DNA of 64,000 bases from Gemmatimonadota bacterium. Lineage in GTDB: Bacteria > Gemmatimonadota > Gemmatimonadetes > Longimicrobiales > Gaopeijiaceae. The stretch lies in NCBI GenBank assembly GCA_041390125.1, contig JAWKQN010000009.1, positions 170,628 through 234,627 on the forward strand, written 5' to 3'. Every line of letters starts with the position of its first letter. The first letter of the stretch is position 1. Below, piece after piece: positions 44,749 to 54,466 of this stretch. A program made the translations under genes and the position numbers. The notes under the pieces are model-generated. The model made no database searches, had not been told where the DNA came from, and was given only the letters and a program-made list of their open reading frames with translations.

Positions 44749-45365
44749 GAGGCCGCCCGGGCGGCGGGCCGCTTCTGTCCGATCCGGGGCTCCTCCCCCC
44801 GGAACAGGCGCGTCAGGTTGGAGCGGTGCTTCCAGATCACGAACGCGGACAGCCCGACCGTGAAGGCCACCAGACCGGTGCCGGCCGTGGGGACGGTCAC
44901 GGCCACCAGGACGGGCAACGCCAGGGCGGCCGCGATGGAGCCCACGGAGACGATCCGGGTGAGCGCCACCATCCCCAGCCAGACCACGAAGCCTCCCAGC
45001 GCGGCCAGCGGGGCCAACGCGATGAACACCCCGCCGCTCGTGGCTACTCCCTTCCCTCCGCGGAAGCGGACCCAGAAGGAGAAGACGTGCCCGACGATGG
45101 CGGCGGCCCCGTAGGCCAGCGTCCAACCCCACGCCGCCCCGCCGTCCAGACGCGGGAAGTACCACACGGGGAACCAGCCCTTGAGCACGTCGACGACCAT
45201 CACCACCAGGGCGGCCTGCCAGCCCAGGACACGGAACGCGTTGGTGGCGCCCAGATTCCCGCTGCCCTCGTTGCGCAGGTCGACGCCGCGCGCCTTTCCC
45301 ACCCAGAAGGACGTGGGGGTGGCCCCGAGCCCGTACGCCGCCAGGCAGAGGAGCCAGGGAATCAC
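44745..45365 (-). CDS. plsY: Glycerol-3-phosphate acyltransferase PlsY
   Basis: GSGNLGATNAFR and FRGGKGVAT motifs with about 5 TM helices. Confidence 0.92.
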   Translation of the reverse strand: MIPWLLCLAAYGLGATPTSFWVGKARGVDLRNEGSGNLGATNAFRVLGWQAALVVMVVDVLKGWFPVWYFPRLDGGAAWGWTLAYGAAAIVGHVFSFWVRFRGGKGVATSGGVFIALAPLAALGGFVVWLGMVALTRIVSVGSIAAALALPVLVAVTVPTAGTGLVAFTVGLSAFVIWKHRSNLTRLFRGEEPRIGQKRPAARAAS

Positions 45366-46684
45366 TCGCTGCTCCCGCGCATCCGGATGCGGATCGGCAC
45401 GCCCGTGAAGGGCCAGCGGTTGCGGATCGCGTGGTGCATGTAGCGAATGTAGTGCTCGGGAACGGCGTCGGGATAGTTGGCGAAGACGACGAAGGTGGGT
45501 GGCTCGATCGCCATCTGGGTCATGTATTTGAGCTTGACCGGCCGCCCCCGGTGATGGGGGGGTGGCTGACGGCGCACCGCCAGCTCCAGCACCTCGTTGG
45601 CCTCGGGTGTGGAGACGCGGTGGCGGCGCTGCTCCCAGACCTCGACCACCAGGTCCAGCAGCTTGTGTACACGCTGTCCGGTCAGCGCGGAGACGAACAA
45701 GACCGGCACCGGTTCGAGCGAAGGCGCGCGCCGCTTGAACTCACGTTCGAACGTGGCGGCGGTCTGCGTCTCCTTCTCCACCAGATCCCACTTGTTGATC
45801 AGGATCACCAGACCGCACCCGGCGTTCCAGGCCGCCTCGCCGATCTTCAGGTCCTGGACCCCCATCCCCTCGGTGGCGTCGACGACCAGCACGCAGACGT
45901 CGGCTTCGCGGATGACGCGGTCCGTGCGCAGCGCGGAGTAGAACTCGACCGAGTCCTTGATGCGGGCATGACGCCGCAGCCCGGCGGTGTCGACGAAGGT
46001 CAGCGTATGCCCGTGATAGCGCAGCGAGGAGTCCACCGGGTCGCGCGTGGTTCCCGGCACGTCGCTGACGACGACCCGGTCCTCGCCGAAGAGCCGGTTG
46101 ACCAGGCTGGACTTGCCCACGTTGGGCTTCCCGATGACGGCGATGCGCACCGCGGCCTCCGCGGCGGGGTCGTCATCGCGTCCGGCGAACAGCGCCACGA
46201 TGCGGTCCAGCAGATCTCCCGATCCCTTCCCCGAGTTGGAGCTGACCGGAACGGGCTCGCCCAGGCCGAGCGACCAGAACTCGTGGTGCGAGGTCACCGC
46301 CGGAAGCTCGTCCGCCTTGTTGGCCACCAGCACCACGGGACGCCCGGCCGTGCGCAGCACCTCGGCCAGGCGCTCGTCCAGGGGGTGGATCCCCACCTTG
46401 GTGTCCACCATGAACACGATGACGTCGGCTTCGTCCACCGCGTGCAGGGCCTGCGCGCGGATCTGCCGGTCCATCGGCTCGTCCGAACCCTCGACGATGC
46501 CTCCCGTGTCGACGATCTGGAACCGGTGCCCGGCCCATTCCGCACGCGCGAAGTTGCGGTCGCGGGTGACGCCGGGACGATCGTCGACGATCGCGACCCG
46601 AGCGCCCAGCACCCGGTTGAAGAACGTGGACTTGCCCACGTTGGGCCGCCCGACGACGGCGACCACGGGAAGGCGCTCGGTCAC
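45362..46684 (-). CDS. der: Ribosome-biogenesis GTPase Der/EngA
   Basis: Two GTPase domains (GRPNVGKS...DTGG and GKPNVGKS...DTAG) plus a KH-like C-terminus. GTG 46684 overlaps the upstream stop. Confidence 0.93.
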   Translation of the reverse strand: MTERLPVVAVVGRPNVGKSTFFNRVLGARVAIVDDRPGVTRDRNFARAEWAGHRFQIVDTGGIVEGSDEPMDRQIRAQALHAVDEADVIVFMVDTKVGIHPLDERLAEVLRTAGRPVVLVANKADELPAVTSHHEFWSLGLGEPVPVSSNSGKGSGDLLDRIVALFAGRDDDPAAEAAVRIAVIGKPNVGKSSLVNRLFGEDRVVVSDVPGTTRDPVDSSLRYHGHTLTFVDTAGLRRHARIKDSVEFYSALRTDRVIREADVCVLVVDATEGMGVQDLKIGEAAWNAGCGLVILINKWDLVEKETQTAATFEREFKRRAPSLEPVPVLFVSALTGQRVHKLLDLVVEVWEQRRHRVSTPEANEVLELAVRRQPPPHHRGRPVKLKYMTQMAIEPPTFVVFANYPDAVPEHYIRYMHHAIRNRWPFTGVPIRIRMRGSSE

Positions 46685-47952
46685 AGGCCGTGCAGGGCGC
46701 GGGTGAGGCTCTTCGCTGCGACCACCCGCGCGGGCGCGAGCCTCCGCGCGACCTCTGCGAACGGCACGCTGTCGATGAACAGCCCGTCGCCGTTGAGGGC
46801 TTCCGCCGGGCAGAGGATCACGTCCTCCGGCCGGGGATCGGAGGCGGCGTCCAGCAGATCCTGTCCCGCCATCAGCCCGGCGATGGTGACGGTCTCGCCG
46901 AAGAAGCGGTTGACGACGGCGTGCACCTCGACCGCCGCGCCCGTACGGGAGGCCAACGCGGCGCGTCGTGACTCGAAGAAGGGCGCCATCGAGGTGCCGG
47001 TGAAGATCCGGAGCCGCCGCCCGCGCAGCTCGGGCAGACGCGCGAGCCCTGCGTCGAGCTCGTCGACGAGGTGCCGCACCGCGCCCACGCCGTTCTCGAT
47101 GAGCTCGAGGTCGTCGTAGTAGGCGCGCGCCGGGAGGGGCTGGCCGGCCGTGAGGAACATCTCGTCGGCTGCGTAGGCCCACCCCGTTCCCCGCTGCGCG
47201 TGGGCGCGGGCGCGGGCGCGTTCGACCTGCGCGACGGCCGTTGCGGCCTCGTCGGGCCGGAGGAGCCGCACCGGACGATCGAGGTTGTAGCGGGTGAGAC
47301 CCACCGGCACCACGGAGAGCGTCCGCACCCGCGGCCCGAGGGCCCAGAGGTCCTCGATGGTGCGCTCGAGGTGGATGCCGTCGTTCCATTCCGGACACAG
47401 CACGACCTGCGTGTGCACTTCGAGCCCCGCCTCCGTCAGCGTCCGCAGCCGATCGAGGATCTCGCCCGCGCGCGCATTGACCAACAGACGCTCCCGCACG
47501 TCGGGCTCGGTGGCGTGCACGCTGACGTACAGCGGCGAGATGCGCTGATCCACCAGGCGCTGGAAGCCCTTGGGCCCCAGGTTGGTGAGCGTGACGTAGC
47601 TGCCGTACGTGAACGAGAGCCGGAAGTCGTCGTCACGCAGCCAGAGCGCGTCGCGCACCCCCGGCGGGTTCCCGTCGATGAAGCAGAAGACACACTTGTT
47701 CGCGCACTCCCGCACCGTGTCCGGTTGGGGCACGATGCCGAGCGGCTCCCCCGGCGAACGCTGGATCTCGTAGAGCTCCTCGTCCCCTTCGGGGGTGAGC
47801 GTCTCGATCTCCAGGTCGGTGTCGGCCAGCAGGAACGTCAGGTCGATCCCGTCACGGACCCGCTGGCCGTTGATACGCACGACCCGCGTGCCGATGCGCA
47901 GCTCGAGCGCCTCGGCGATGCTGCCGGCTTCGATCTGGGCGATGCGGACCAC
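46681..47952 (-). CDS. DUF512 domain protein (PDZ + radical-SAM-like region)
   Basis: PDZ-like N-terminus, CANKCVFCF cysteine motif and a C-terminal DUF512-like region. The family call is from memory. Confidence 0.7.
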   Translation of the reverse strand: MVRIAQIEAGSIAEALELRIGTRVVRINGQRVRDGIDLTFLLADTDLEIETLTPEGDEELYEIQRSPGEPLGIVPQPDTVRECANKCVFCFIDGNPPGVRDALWLRDDDFRLSFTYGSYVTLTNLGPKGFQRLVDQRISPLYVSVHATEPDVRERLLVNARAGEILDRLRTLTEAGLEVHTQVVLCPEWNDGIHLERTIEDLWALGPRVRTLSVVPVGLTRYNLDRPVRLLRPDEAATAVAQVERARARAHAQRGTGWAYAADEMFLTAGQPLPARAYYDDLELIENGVGAVRHLVDELDAGLARLPELRGRRLRIFTGTSMAPFFESRRAALASRTGAAVEVHAVVNRFFGETVTIAGLMAGQDLLDAASDPRPEDVILCPAEALNGDGLFIDSVPFAEVARRLAPARVVAAKSLTRALHGL

Positions 47953-48027
47953 GGGCGGACGGCCTGGGCTCGGGGTGTGGGGCGCCTGCGACGGAGCCTT
48001 GAAAGTTAGCCGCGGGCGGGATCCTGC

Positions 48028-49026
48028 TCAACGATCTCCCATACGGGCCAACTCGGCCTCGGCGGCCACGTACCCGAACGCCGGCCACTGGGACCGTCCG
48101 GTCAGGATGCGCTCGAAGACGCTGCGGGCACGCGTCGCGTCCCCGTTGTAGAGGTACCAGTTCCCCACCCCGTAGGCCGCGGTGGTGCCGGTCAACGTGG
48201 CGTCCTCGCCCCCCGGCCCCAGGAGGTCCTCCGGCGTGCGACGGCCCTGGTACATCCGCAGCAGGTCCAGGTAGGCCGTGCTTTCGATGACGTCCGGGTT
48301 CTCGGGCAGGTCCGCCAGGACCTGGGCCGCCTCCTGCTCCCGACCGAGGCGCCGCAGCGTCATGTAGAGCCAGTGGGCCGTGGCCACCACCGAGTCGTCG
48401 TGCCGGGAGACCGCCATGCAGTTCCGGTAGGCCTCCAGCGCGGCCTCGAAATCGCCCTGGAGGTAGTGGGCCAGACCCAGGTGGTACCAGATGTTGAACT
48501 GCAGCGTGCTGGTGGGGATCCCGAGCGCGTTCGGTTGTCCGTCGGGCTCGACCTCGTCCTCCGTGCCGGCCACGACCTCGGCCGCCCGCGACAGGTCGGC
48601 AACCGCCTCGTCCAGCTCGCGGACCGTGATGTAGCGGTGTCCCCGGTGGCGGAGCAGGTGGGGCTCGTCCGGGAAGCGCTCCAGGGCCGCCGAGTAGGTG
48701 GCGATGGCCTGCCGGAAGTGGCCCGGGTAGGCCTGGCGCCGCCCCGCCCAGATCCAGGCGTCCAGGCTGGAGGAGTCGGCCGCCAGCGTGGCTTCGGCCT
48801 CCTCCAGCTGCTGCCGCCGTTCGGCCTCCACCTCCGCCGGGGCCTCGGGCCGGGAGAGCGGCTCGCCCAGGAGGGACGTGGCCTCGGTCTCCGCCGTGAG
48901 GGCCTGGTCCCGCTCCGCCGCCTCCTGCGGCGCGGCGTCGGGTGTCGCATCCGGACCGGCACAGGCGTTCCCCACCCACAGGAGGCTCACGAGGCTGAGG
49001 AAGGCCACGGTGCGACGATTCGGCAT
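48028..49026 (-). CDS. TPR-like lipoprotein
   Basis: Signal with VGNAC lipobox, followed by helical repeats. Confidence 0.6.
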   Translation of the reverse strand: MPNRRTVAFLSLVSLLWVGNACAGPDATPDAAPQEAAERDQALTAETEATSLLGEPLSRPEAPAEVEAERRQQLEEAEATLAADSSSLDAWIWAGRRQAYPGHFRQAIATYSAALERFPDEPHLLRHRGHRYITVRELDEAVADLSRAAEVVAGTEDEVEPDGQPNALGIPTSTLQFNIWYHLGLAHYLQGDFEAALEAYRNCMAVSRHDDSVVATAHWLYMTLRRLGREQEAAQVLADLPENPDVIESTAYLDLLRMYQGRRTPEDLLGPGGEDATLTGTTAAYGVGNWYLYNGDATRARSVFERILTGRSQWPAFGYVAAEAELARMGDR

Positions 49027-49088
49027 CGGTGTACTCCTGGGTGACGAGGCGATCACGGACGACACGTCCTTCAAGTATAGGACAAGGG

Positions 49089-49541
49089 ATGATGATGAGG
49101 CGAAGGGGGTTCCGGGACGGCGGGGTGTGGCTGGCGGCAGCGCTCGTGCTCGGCGGGGGGATCGTGGCTTGTGACGAGGATCCGGTCGATGCGGACCTGG
49201 GTCTGGAGGGCGGCGTGCTCGCCACCTTCCGGGTGGGGACGGAGCAGTTCAAGGTGTGGACGGTGGACTCCGCGGCGGTGGCGTCGCTGCTGGCCCTGGA
49301 GAGCGGCACGTCGCTCGCGAACATCCCCAACGGGGCCATCAAGCAGGGTTCCGGCCTGGCGAGCCACAACGCGCCGTGGAGCTGGCACCTGGATCCGCAG
49401 GACATCCAGATGGCGGAGAACACCATCGAGGTGTGTGACGGCCAGCCCTCGTACGTGGAGGCGCATCTGGCCGACTTCCTCCAGATCGGGCGCTACTGCC
49501 CCTGGGGCGCCACCCTGGTGGACGTCGAGGACCTGCGTTGA
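49089..49541 (+). CDS. Hypothetical lipoprotein
   Basis: MMMRRRGF start with lipobox IVAC. Three consecutive ATGs make the exact start ambiguous. Confidence 0.55.
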   Translation: MMMRRRGFRDGGVWLAAALVLGGGIVACDEDPVDADLGLEGGVLATFRVGTEQFKVWTVDSAAVASLLALESGTSLANIPNGAIKQGSGLASHNAPWSWHLDPQDIQMAENTIEVCDGQPSYVEAHLADFLQIGRYCPWGATLVDVEDLR

Positions 49542-49547
49542 GCCACG

Positions 49548-49577
49548 CGACCGGGGGCGGGCGGCCGCCCCCGGTCG
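49548..49577. terminator. Bidirectional GC hairpin between convergent genes
   Basis: CGACCGGGGGCGG-GCGG-CCGCCCCCGGTCG, a perfect 13-bp stem. It starts 7 nt after the + strand stop and ends 28 nt from the - strand stop. Confidence 0.45.
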
Positions 49578-49604
49578 TGTACCTGCCCTGCATCCGGCTC
49601 TGCC

Positions 49605-51272
49605 CTAGACCTCGCCCCGCCGCGCGAACCCGTCGAGATGCTCCGCCGCCCGGAACGCCAACGCCATGATGGTCATGGTCGGTTGGCCCCGGCCGGCCGA
49701 CACCAGGCTGCTCCCGTCGCAGATGAACAGGTTGGGCACGTCGTGCGCGCGGTGGTAGCGGTCCACCACCGAGGTCCGAGGGTCGTCCCCCATGCGCGCC
49801 GTTCCGAGGAGATGGAAGCCGGCCGTCTGGGCCATCGCCGGCCGGTACCAGGTGCGCCGGGCGCCGGCCGCCTCCAGCAGCTCGACGGCCCGCTCCTGGA
49901 GGAAGCGGATCTGCGCCAGGTCGTCCGGGTGGTCCTGGTAGGTGACCCGGAGCGAGGGCAGACCGTACCGATCCTTCGCGGTCGGATCGAGGGTGATGTT
50001 GTTCGACTCGAGAGGCAGCGACGTCCCGTGGCAGAACACGTCCATCGTGCGCGGGAAGTAGTCGGCCAGCATGGCCTTGAACTCCGGGCCCCAACGCGGT
50101 GAGCCGTCCGGCAGACCGCCCAGCGCGTAGATCAGAGGACCGGGGCCGAAGCGACCGTCCAGCGCGCCGCCGCCGTAGAACCCCCGTGCCGGATCGGATG
50201 CGTAGAACGGATCCGTGACCAGCCGGGTCACGAGCGCGCCCTTGTATTCGTTCAACGGTTCGGGGAAGACGCCGGAGACCTGTCCGTTCCCGTTGAACAT
50301 CAGGTACTTCCCCACCAGGCCGCTGGAGTTGGCCAGACCCTGCGGGAAGCGGCTGGATTCGGAGAGGAGCAGCAAACGCGCCGATTCGGCACCGTTGGCG
50401 GACAGCACCACGGCCCGCGCGCGCTGGCGTTGCTCACGACCATCGGCGTCGAAATACAGCACCTCGCGCACGCGGCCCGCGTCGTCCGTCACGATCCGGA
50501 AGACCGTGGACAGCGGCCGGATCTCGCAGCGGCCGGTCGCCTCGGCGAGCGGGATCATGGCGGCCAGCGTGGAGGACTTGGCGCCGAACTCGCAGCCATA
50601 GCCGATGCACCACCCGCAGTTCTGACAGGCGCCCCGTCCGTTGTGCGGCTGCGAGAGGATGGCCATGGGCGCCGGGTGCGCCGCCCATCCGAGCGCCCGA
50701 GCACCGCGCTCGAGCAGCACTCCGGAGCTCTTCACCGGCAGAGGCGGCATCGGATACGGGCGCGAGCGCGGAGGATCGTTGGGACCGGGGGCGCCCGAGA
50801 CCCCGATGTCCCAATCCACCTTCGTGTAGTACGGCTCGAGCTCGTCGTACGTGAGCGGCCAGTCTGCGAAGCCCGTGCCCGCGATGGGGCCGAGCAACGA
50901 GCGCTCCTGGAAGTCCAGCGGACGGAAGCGCCAGAAGTTGGCGGTGAAATGGACGGACGACCCGCCGACACCGCGTGCGTAGACGGCCGGCGGGAAGATG
51001 TCGGGCGGAGGACCCGCCTCCACGTCCTCGGTGGCGCGGAAGGTGGCGCCGGCATCCTGCGCGCCCAGCAGCTCACCCTGCAACCATACGCCGTACTCGT
51101 CGTGCCGGAACTCGCTCGCGCGCCGGTACGGTCCCTGCTCCAGCACCACCACCCGGTGCCCGGCGCTCGACAGCTCCTTGGCGAGGATTCCTCCGGCGGA
51201 GCCGGCTCCGACGACGACGAAGTCGACCTCGTCGTCGTTGCCGTAGCGTACGCTCTCCTGGCGCGAACTCAC
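49605..51272 (-). CDS. GMC family FAD oxidoreductase (gluconate 2-dehydrogenase flavoprotein-subunit-like)
   Basis: FAD motif VVVGAGSAGG and a C-terminal GMC region HLLGTARMG. Confidence 0.88.
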   Translation of the reverse strand: MSSRQESVRYGNDDEVDFVVVGAGSAGGILAKELSSAGHRVVVLEQGPYRRASEFRHDEYGVWLQGELLGAQDAGATFRATEDVEAGPPPDIFPPAVYARGVGGSSVHFTANFWRFRPLDFQERSLLGPIAGTGFADWPLTYDELEPYYTKVDWDIGVSGAPGPNDPPRSRPYPMPPLPVKSSGVLLERGARALGWAAHPAPMAILSQPHNGRGACQNCGWCIGYGCEFGAKSSTLAAMIPLAEATGRCEIRPLSTVFRIVTDDAGRVREVLYFDADGREQRQRARAVVLSANGAESARLLLLSESSRFPQGLANSSGLVGKYLMFNGNGQVSGVFPEPLNEYKGALVTRLVTDPFYASDPARGFYGGGALDGRFGPGPLIYALGGLPDGSPRWGPEFKAMLADYFPRTMDVFCHGTSLPLESNNITLDPTAKDRYGLPSLRVTYQDHPDDLAQIRFLQERAVELLEAAGARRTWYRPAMAQTAGFHLLGTARMGDDPRTSVVDRYHRAHDVPNLFICDGSSLVSAGRGQPTMTIMALAFRAAEHLDGFARRGEV

Positions 51273-51859
51273 GATGCGCCTCCGTTCGCCTCGGCGTCAT
51301 AGAAGCCGTACGGGGGCGCGTAGGTGTCGGCGTGCTCCAGGCCGACCATCGCCCAGCCCACGTGATCGCGGTTGCCCCCCCAGTCGGGATGGCTGAACGT
51401 CCCGAGCAGCACCAGGAAATGGACGTAGCCGAAGAAGTCAGCGTTCTCGGCTTCCACCGCGCGAAGGACCTCGATGCGGGCTGCGGCCGGCAGCTCCGCC
51501 AGCTGGCCGCTGGGAGCGCCCGACGAACGCGCCCGCTCCCCCACGTCGGCGAGCCCGCTCCGGAAGAAGCCCAGGCTGTCGGCCTGCTCGGCGCCGAACG
51601 CGCGATCGATGAAGTGGGCCGCTCCCGCTTCCCGGGCGCCGGGTCCGTCGTCGGAAGGCAGGATGAGCGCGGCGATCTCTTCGAGCTGCGCCCCCTCCTG
51701 CGGTTCGAAGGTCGTGAACGCGTCCCCCCGGGCCGCCGCCCGCCCGGCCTCCTCCGCCATCGGTCCGCAGGCCGACAGGCCCAACAGCCACAGCGCGCTC
51801 AACCCTGCGCCGCTGGCCTCCATGAACCGACGCCGACTCCAGACGGGATCCACGACCAT
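51269..51859 (-). CDS. Gluconate 2-dehydrogenase subunit-3-like small subunit with Tat signal
   Basis: Twin-arginine motif SRRRFME. GTGA coupling to the GMC gene. Confidence 0.75.
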   Translation of the reverse strand: MVVDPVWSRRRFMEASGAGLSALWLLGLSACGPMAEEAGRAAARGDAFTTFEPQEGAQLEEIAALILPSDDGPGAREAGAAHFIDRAFGAEQADSLGFFRSGLADVGERARSSGAPSGQLAELPAAARIEVLRAVEAENADFFGYVHFLVLLGTFSHPDWGGNRDHVGWAMVGLEHADTYAPPYGFYDAEANGGAS

Positions 51860-51988
51860 GCTCTCGCTCCCGGGGTGGGCGGAGGACGCCCGGCCGGTGG
51901 AGACGATCCTCCCGGCGTCTGTCGGGTACGTCCTGGAGTGGGCCTTCCCGGCCGATCTCGATCATCACCCCCCGCGCCACGACGACGC

Positions 51989-53476
51989 ATGAGACGACTT
52001 CGGCCACGGATCCCCTCCCTCCGCAGAGTCCGAGCATACGCCGCGGCCCCGGCCGCTGTCGAGCGGGCGGCGGTCGCGGAGTCTGGCTCGCCCGGGGCTC
52101 CGGCGCTGGGCTCAACGGACACGGCCCCACGGACCCGGGGCGCATGGCGGACTCCCGTGGTCGGGCTCCTGCTCCTCCTCGCGGGCTGCGACGTCCCGGA
52201 TCAGATCCAGGAGGTCTTCCGCGATCCGACGTCCCATGAGCGCTACGCGGCGTCCCTGGCCCAGGCCGGGCTGGACTCCACGGCCGCCGGCGGAGACTGG
52301 ATCGGGGAGGGTCGGCGCGCGCTGGCCGCACCGCTCGCGGTCGACCTGCCCCACCGGGAAGACGGATACCTGGACCCGGTCACCCCGACCGCGCTCGGGT
52401 ACCGCTTCCCACTCCGGCGGGGACAGCGGCTGCGGCTGGACCTGGTGAGGGACGAGGTGCGGCCCGGACGGCTCTTCGTCGATCTCTTCCGCATCCCTGG
52501 TGATTCCACGAGCGAGCTCTTCCACGAGTTGGATCTACCTCCCGATTCGTCCACCCTGGAGTTCGACGCTCCGCGCACGGGTGACTACCTGCTGCGCGTG
52601 CAGCCCGAGCTCCTGCGCGGTGGCGCGTTCGCGCTCGAGCTGCGCGTGCTCCCCACCCTCGCCTTCCCGGTCGAAGGCAGGGACCAGGGTGCGATCCTCA
52701 GCCGCTTCGGGGCCGAGCGCGATGGAGGCCGCCGTCAGCATCGCGGCGTGGATATCTTCGCGCCGCGCGGGACTCCGGTCCTCGCCGCCGAGGCGGGGCG
52801 GGTCACCCGCGTCGATACCACCAATCTGGGTGGGTACGTGGTCTGGATGACCGAAGAACGGGGTGGGCATCGCCTCTACTACGCGCACCTCGACCGCCAG
52901 CTCGTGACCGAAGGTCAGCGCGTGCGCCCCGGCGACACGTTGGGCCTCGTCGGCAACACCGGCAACGCCCGCACGACGCCACCGCACCTGCATTTCGGCG
53001 TATACCGCAGGGGTGAGGGCGCGCTGGATCCGTACTGGTTCGTGGAACCTCAACGCACGAACGTCACGCCCGCCGATTCCCTGGCGCGCTCGCTGGTGGG
53101 CGCCTGGGCGCGTGCGCGCGTGGACGACGTCGTCGTGCGAGGCTCTCCCTCCACCCGGGGCGAGACCATCGAGCGGGTGGAGCGCGGCGCCGCGCTGCAG
53201 GTCCTCGCGGCCAGCGAGACCTTCTACCGCGTGCGGATGCCGGACGGCCGCGAAGGCTACGCGCCCCAGCGCAGCCTGCAGCCCGCGACCGACGCGCTGG
53301 TGATGCTCGCTTCGGAGCCGGGGATCCCCATCCGGGTGCTTCCGTCGGACGAAGCACCCCTCCGACGGCGCGTCACGGACGGGGAGTCGCTGCCCGTTGT
53401 CGGGCTCTTCGAGCGCTACGGCCTGGTGCTGGACGAACGCGGCGCCGAGGGCTGGGTGCCCATGGCGGGCAGTTGA
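51989..53476 (+). CDS. M23 family metallopeptidase with C-terminal SH3-like domains
   Basis: HRGVDIF (HxxxD) and PPHLHFGVY (HxH) motifs, plus lipobox LLAGC. The start is uncertain; ATG 51989 was chosen. Confidence 0.8.
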   Translation: MRRLRPRIPSLRRVRAYAAAPAAVERAAVAESGSPGAPALGSTDTAPRTRGAWRTPVVGLLLLLAGCDVPDQIQEVFRDPTSHERYAASLAQAGLDSTAAGGDWIGEGRRALAAPLAVDLPHREDGYLDPVTPTALGYRFPLRRGQRLRLDLVRDEVRPGRLFVDLFRIPGDSTSELFHELDLPPDSSTLEFDAPRTGDYLLRVQPELLRGGAFALELRVLPTLAFPVEGRDQGAILSRFGAERDGGRRQHRGVDIFAPRGTPVLAAEAGRVTRVDTTNLGGYVVWMTEERGGHRLYYAHLDRQLVTEGQRVRPGDTLGLVGNTGNARTTPPHLHFGVYRRGEGALDPYWFVEPQRTNVTPADSLARSLVGAWARARVDDVVVRGSPSTRGETIERVERGAALQVLAASETFYRVRMPDGREGYAPQRSLQPATDALVMLASEPGIPIRVLPSDEAPLRRRVTDGESLPVVGLFERYGLVLDERGAEGWVPMAGS

Positions 53477-53567
53477 TCGCGGCGCAGGATGGCCGCGACC
53501 CGTCGGGCCGCGGCAGCGCCTTCCCTCATCGGTCGCGAAGCGTCACCTCCCCGATTCGGGCCGTGGA

Positions 53568-54209
53568 TCAGAAGGCCACGCCCAGGCTCACCAGGATCGA
53601 GTAGGTGCGGGCTTCGAGCTCGAACGGCCCCGGGTCCACGTCCAGGTCGGTCAGACCCCAGTCGTAGCGACCCTCGACGCCCAGCAGCCAGCGCCCGGTG
53701 CCGACATCGACACCGGCCCCGAACACCGCCGCATAGACGGTGCTGGCGGTGGCGACGTCGATCTCCTCCTCGTCGCAGTCGAACTCGTCGTCTTCACCGT
53801 CCACCGTGCCCGTCACCGTGCACACGGCCTCGAAGCCGATCGACGGACCCGCGAACACCCGCGGCCGCACGCGGCCCTCCTTCAGCAGGTGCACCTGGAG
53901 CAGGAGCGGCAGCGTCACGTACTCCAGCGCGACCGTCGCGTCGGTGGTGGCGTCGCGGGTCAGGAAGCCCTGCTGCTGATAGAGGAGGTTCGGACGGACC
54001 GAGATCCGGTCGTTCGCGCGGAACTCGAGGAAGAAGCCCGCGGCGCCGGCGTCCCGGCGCGACGTCGTGCCGAGCTCGGGGTCGTCCGTCCTCACGTCGC
54101 CGGCCGAGTAACCACCCAGGATGCCCACCGCCATGCGGGGCTGCTGGGCCGACAGGGGCGAAGTGCCCACCAGGAGCGCGATGAGCGCCCCCTTCCAGGT
54201 CGTCTTCAT
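53568..54209 (-). CDS. Outer-membrane beta-barrel protein (OmpA-like-TM / OmpW-type 8-stranded barrel family)
   Basis: GGAGG Shine-Dalgarno sequence 8 nt upstream. Signal peptide ending SAQQ, alternating beta-strand pattern and C-terminal ...SLGVAF with terminal Phe. Confidence 0.8.
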   Translation of the reverse strand: MKTTWKGALIALLVGTSPLSAQQPRMAVGILGGYSAGDVRTDDPELGTTSRRDAGAAGFFLEFRANDRISVRPNLLYQQQGFLTRDATTDATVALEYVTLPLLLQVHLLKEGRVRPRVFAGPSIGFEAVCTVTGTVDGEDDEFDCDEEEIDVATASTVYAAVFGAGVDVGTGRWLLGVEGRYDWGLTDLDVDPGPFELEARTYSILVSLGVAF

Positions 54210-54383
54210 TGGCGCGCCTCCGTGCAGCATGGCGAACCGGTCATGACCGCCTCCGGCTGCAATCTCACACAGCGAGCGGCGCGGATCCGTCAGGATCGAT
54301 TCGATGGCACGGTGGGAGAAGTCCCGGACCCGCGGTCGATCCTCGCAGCCCCAGGTCGAGCGATCTACGTGATGACAGGCCAC

Positions 54384-54401
54384 CTAGCAGGATCCTGCTA
54401 G
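54384..54401. promoter_or_regulatory. Perfect 18-bp palindrome CTAGCAGGATCCTGCTAG
   Basis: An exact dyad in the divergent spacer between the OMP gene and the small peptide ORF. Confidence 0.4.
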
Positions 54402-54466
54402 AGCGGACCCTGCCGGCTCCATCTGTTTATAACCTGACGAAGTGTTCCATCAACGAGGGGATGAAC

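Noticed and set aside
54209-54466. The longer 138-aa version of the peptide ORF, starting at 54209.
   Set aside because: The upstream part overlaps the divergent promoter region and the palindrome, translates to low-complexity sequence and has no ribosome-binding site. The GAGGGG Shine-Dalgarno sequence supports the ATG at 54467, or possibly the one at 54461.
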